A DNA stretch of 64,000 bases, taken from positions 62,079 through 126,078 of the forward strand of contig CAKZUZ010000012.1 in the NCBI GenBank assembly GCA_937922225.1. Reading direction: 5' to 3'. Under the pieces are notes generated by a model. The model was not told the origin of the DNA, searched no databases, and was given only the letters and a program-made list of their open reading frames with translations. A program made the translations under genes and the position numbers. Source of the DNA: an uncultured Collinsella sp. Lineage in GTDB: Bacteria > Actinomycetota > Coriobacteriia > Coriobacteriales > Coriobacteriaceae. Within the stretch, counting starts at the first letter, position 1, and each line of letters opens with the position of its first letter. Shown piece after piece: positions 60,517 through 64,000 of this stretch.

Positions 60517-61965
60517 ATGGCAGAATCTCGTGCGGAGCGTAGGGCTCGTCGGGCTTTGATCGAGGCGGCTGAGGGGTTGGAAGAGAAAAAATCTTCTAAG
60601 AAATCCAAGTCGTCTCAGGACGCGAAGGGTAAGTCAGCCAAGGGAAAGGCTAAGGCCAAGCACCCCAGCTCTCGTCGGAGCGGGGATAAGGCATCTCAGG
60701 CTCGCCCCAAGCGTTCGCACAAGGATCCGGTTTCGCCTGCGCGAAAGGCCGTGGATCCCAAGTCGCCTTGTTCCATCATGCGGGCTTGTGGTGGATGCAC
60801 GGCGATCAATCGTCCTTATAAGAAGCAGCTGGCGGCCAAGCAGGCTGCTATGGAAGAGCTGTTTGCTGAGCTCTGCGAGCGCGAGGGTATTGCCGTTGAT
60901 CCCATTCGCGGTATGGGTGTTACCCTGGGCGACCCGGGTAAGTATCCTGCGCCGCGTGGCTTTCGTCATAAGGCTGCCACTCCCTTTGCTCCCGGTAAGG
61001 AGGGCGCTGTCCGTTGCGGTTTCTTTGAGCGCGGCACGCACAAGATCGTTGCCGTACCCGAGTGTCCTGTCGAGGCGCCAGGTGCCCGTCAGATTCTCAA
61101 CGGCATCGCGCGTGAAGCTGAGCGCCTGCACATTCCCGCCTTTAACGAGGACAAGCATCTGGGCTTGCTCCGCTATGCCGTCGTCCGCTGCGGTTGGCGT
61201 ACCGACCAGATTATGGTCACCCTCGTGACCGCTCAGCGCGACTTGCCGCATGCGCAGGAGTTCTTTGAGGCTGTCGCCGCACTCGATCCGCATATCGTCA
61301 CCGTTGCCCAAAACATCAACGGACGCCCCGGTAACGCCATCTTGGGTGAGGAGACTCGTATCGTCTATGGCGCCGAGTGCATGCGCGACCAGCTGCTCGG
61401 TTGCGAATTCGATATCTCCCCTACCGCGTTCTACCAGACCAACCCGCAGCAGACCGAGCTGCTCTACCAGCTCGCTATCGATGGCATGGATCTGCGCCAG
61501 GACGATGTGCTTATGGATGCCTACTGCGGCAGCGGCACCATCGGTCTTTGCGCAGCTAAAGAAGCCCAGAACAAGGGTATCGGCATCATGCTGCTCGGAG
61601 TGGAGCGCAACCCGGCGGGCATTGCCGACGCACGCCGCAATGCCGAGCTCAACGACCTCACCCGCAGCGCTTGGTTTATGGCCGACGACGCCACCGATTA
61701 CATCCTGGACGCTGCCGATAACAACGAGCGCGTTGACGTTCTCTCCATCGACCCGCCGCGCGCCGGCTCTACACCCGAGTTCCTCGAAGCCGCCTGCGCA
61801 CTTAAGCCGCGCCGCATCACCTATATCAGCTGCAACCCCGTCACCCAAGAGCGCGACCTACACCAGCTCCTCGACGGAGGTTATCGCCTGCTCAAGATCA
61901 CGCCGGTCGACATGTTCCCTCATACCGACCACACCGAGACCGTCGCGGTCCTCGAGCGCCGCTAA
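60517..61965 (+). CDS. rlmD: 23S rRNA (uracil-5)-methyltransferase RlmD/RumA family
   Basis: CxxxxxCGGC, AFYQTN, DAYCGSGTIG, DPPRAG, YISCNP, DMFPHTDHTE. Confidence 0.93.
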   Translation: MAESRAERRARRALIEAAEGLEEKKSSKKSKSSQDAKGKSAKGKAKAKHPSSRRSGDKASQARPKRSHKDPVSPARKAVDPKSPCSIMRACGGCTAINRPYKKQLAAKQAAMEELFAELCEREGIAVDPIRGMGVTLGDPGKYPAPRGFRHKAATPFAPGKEGAVRCGFFERGTHKIVAVPECPVEAPGARQILNGIAREAERLHIPAFNEDKHLGLLRYAVVRCGWRTDQIMVTLVTAQRDLPHAQEFFEAVAALDPHIVTVAQNINGRPGNAILGEETRIVYGAECMRDQLLGCEFDISPTAFYQTNPQQTELLYQLAIDGMDLRQDDVLMDAYCGSGTIGLCAAKEAQNKGIGIMLLGVERNPAGIADARRNAELNDLTRSAWFMADDATDYILDAADNNERVDVLSIDPPRAGSTPEFLEAACALKPRRITYISCNPVTQERDLHQLLDGGYRLLKITPVDMFPHTDHTETVAVLERR

Positions 61966-62030
61966 TCCACCGGCACAAGAAAGGGGACGGCCCGTCTGGA
62001 CTGCCCCCTTCGCTTGGTTTATGAACTCCG

Positions 62031-62852
62031 CTACATCCCCTTGCGCAGGTCGCACACGCCGGCTGCCGCCATCTCGCGCAGCAGCGTCTCGCGATCGCGC
62101 GTCACGATCAAATCCAGCGGGAAGTGAATCTCGTCGAGCATCTTGCGCGCGTGATCGAGCTTGCCAATGGCCATGCCAATGTGGGCATCGGTCGACACGC
62201 CAATGCCAACGCCCAGCTCGGCGCAGCGCTCGGCGATCTTGCGGCATACGGCCCAATGCTCAGTGTCGGCACCGTGCTCAAGACTATGGTTGTTGATCTC
62301 GATAATCTTGTGCTTGGCCTTGGCCGCCAACAGCACCTCGTCGATATCGAACGGCACGCCCGAGCGCCCCGCATGCCCCAGCATGAACACCTTGGGGTGC
62401 TCCAGGGCATTGATGTACATCTCGGTCGTCTCGGCGAGCGTCGCGCCTTCGGCAAACTGCGGGTTATGCACGCTTGCCACCAAATAATCCAAATTACGCG
62501 TCACCAAATCGAACAGCGAATGCTCACGACTATACGAATCGCCGGCGATATTGAGCGAAACGGGAATGTCCTCGCCAAACAAGCTTCCGTCCAGCGAAAC
62601 GATATCGGCCTCGGCGCCGCGGAGCACCAGCACGCCGCTCCAAATGCGCGGCCAGATATCCTGGTTAATAAAGAACTGGAAACTGCGCAGGTCATTGGGG
62701 CAAGGCGTAACCATCGAGCTTAAATGATCGGCGGAACCGAGCACCTGAAGGCCACGCTCCGCCGCCCAATAGATGTTCTCCTCAATGGTTGAGTACGCAT
62801 GCGCGGAGAACATCGTATGAGTATGGATATCACAGGAAAGCAGGTAGGGCAT
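62031..62852 (-). CDS. PHP-domain phosphatase (YcdX-like)
   Basis: DIHTHT..HAYST, ADH, ASVH, EINN, STDAH. Confidence 0.88.
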   Translation of the reverse strand: MPYLLSCDIHTHTMFSAHAYSTIEENIYWAAERGLQVLGSADHLSSMVTPCPNDLRSFQFFINQDIWPRIWSGVLVLRGAEADIVSLDGSLFGEDIPVSLNIAGDSYSREHSLFDLVTRNLDYLVASVHNPQFAEGATLAETTEMYINALEHPKVFMLGHAGRSGVPFDIDEVLLAAKAKHKIIEINNHSLEHGADTEHWAVCRKIAERCAELGVGIGVSTDAHIGMAIGKLDHARKMLDEIHFPLDLIVTRDRETLLREMAAAGVCDLRKGM

Positions 62853-63017
62853 CAGGTCTCCTTGTCCAGCATGGCCGTCGCGTATATTCATTGTACGCAT
62901 AGCTTTCGGCAGTCGTAAAACTGCTTCATCCCAATCACACAACGGCATAGACAACGGGGTCTGGCTTAACACCAAACCCCGTTTCACGTAAAACATTGTA
63001 AGCAGAGCGCTTTACTT

Positions 63018-64000
63018 TTAACGATACTCGTCCGCCAACTGTTTCCAAGCGGGTAGCGAATTGATAATCGTTTCGTAACTCACGCAATAGCCCAGGCGGA
63101 ACCAACCAGGCATGCCAAAGCTGTCCGAGGGCACCGCAAGCAGCTCATACTTCTTCGCGCGCTCACAGAACGCATTCGCATCGGGCTCCAGTGCCTTCAC
63201 CCACAGGTAGAATGCACCATCCGGCTCAACATAGGTGTAGCCGTACTCCGCTAGTGCGTCGGTAAGCGCGGTGCGGTTGCGAGCATAGGCCTCGACATCA
63301 CTCGGCTCATCGATGCAATCGATGATCACGCGCTGGAAGAGCGCCGGTGCACACACGAAGCCCAGCGTACGGGCGGCACCGGCAACGGCGGGCATTAGAC
63401 GAGCTGCCTGAGGATTCGTATTGGGAACCAGGATCCACCCGACGCGCTCGCCCGGTAGCGAAAGCGACTTGGAATACGAGTAGCACACGATGGTGTGCTC
63501 GTAGATCGAAGGCACCCAAGGCACCTCGGCGCCATAGACAATCTCGCGATACGGCTCATCAGAGATGAGCATAATCGGATTCTCGGGATCGCGCTGAGCG
63601 TTGGCCTCGCGCAGAACATTGGCCAGTCGCGTCAGCGTGTCGCGTGTATATACGGCACCGGTCGGATTGTTGGGCGAGTCGATAATGACGGCAGCCGTCT
63701 TATCGGTAATCGCCTTGAGCACGTTACTCACGCTCAGCTGGAACGTATCTTCATCGGCGAGCGCCTCAACACACGTGCAGCCGGCCTTCTCAATCCACAC
63801 GCGATACTCCGGAAAGTACGGGGCGATAACAACAACCTCATCGCCCGGGTTCGTAACGGCATTGAGCGTGCAGGTGAGCGAAGCCGCGGCACCCACCGTC
63901 ATAAAGACGTCCTTGCCCTCATAGCTCGTGCCAAAGCGACGGTTGAGCGAGTCGGCGACGGCTGCTCGACATTGCGGCAGACCCGGCGCAGGCGTGTATC
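63018..64000 (-). CDS. PLP-dependent class I/II aminotransferase (5' end beyond window)
   Basis: SPNNPTG, SDEPY, SYSKSLSLPGERVG. The frame stays open to the window end. Confidence 0.92.
   Translation of the reverse strand, partial: YTPAPGLPQCRAAVADSLNRRFGTSYEGKDVFMTVGAAASLTCTLNAVTNPGDEVVVIAPYFPEYRVWIEKAGCTCVEALADEDTFQLSVSNVLKAITDKTAAVIIDSPNNPTGAVYTRDTLTRLANVLREANAQRDPENPIMLISDEPYREIVYGAEVPWVPSIYEHTIVCYSYSKSLSLPGERVGWILVPNTNPQAARLMPAVAGAARTLGFVCAPALFQRVIIDCIDEPSDVEAYARNRTALTDALAEYGYTYVEPDGAFYLWVKALEPDANAFCERAKKYELLAVPSDSFGMPGWFRLGYCVSYETIINSLPAWKQLADEYR

Overview
High-GC actinobacterial chromosome segment. Gene content and style resemble gut Coriobacteriia such as Collinsella (inference, not a database result). 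Most of the window is housekeeping: kup-kdpD-kdpE, nitroreductases, an LTA-synthase-family protein, two heterodimeric ABC exporters, a TadA-glycerate kinase fusion, tRNA-Ser(UGA), lemA, ilvE, dedA, cysE, glmS, larE, an EF-G paralogue, a polar amino-acid ABC transporter, rlmD, a PHP protein and an aminotransferase. The best candidate for a new system is a six-gene minus-strand SipW operon at 8.2-17.1 kb. It encodes three TasA/CalY-like subunits with SipW-class signal peptides, a 1825-aa adhesin whose C-terminus copies the subunits' mature N-terminal strand in exact register, and a TasA-like protein that lacks this strand but has a sortase-type anchor. Together these suggest a donor-strand-exchange pilus with a tip adhesin and a cell-wall-anchored base. 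The operon is bracketed by two direct-repeat arrays with 62-bp periodicity. A second accessory region (22.5-32 kb) holds a coiled-coil surface protein and a 2688-aa sortase-anchored adhesin with a G10 tract in its signal peptide region. Intergenic DNA carries several families of structured palindromic repeats, one with clear covariation. No CRISPR array, integrase or transposase was seen.
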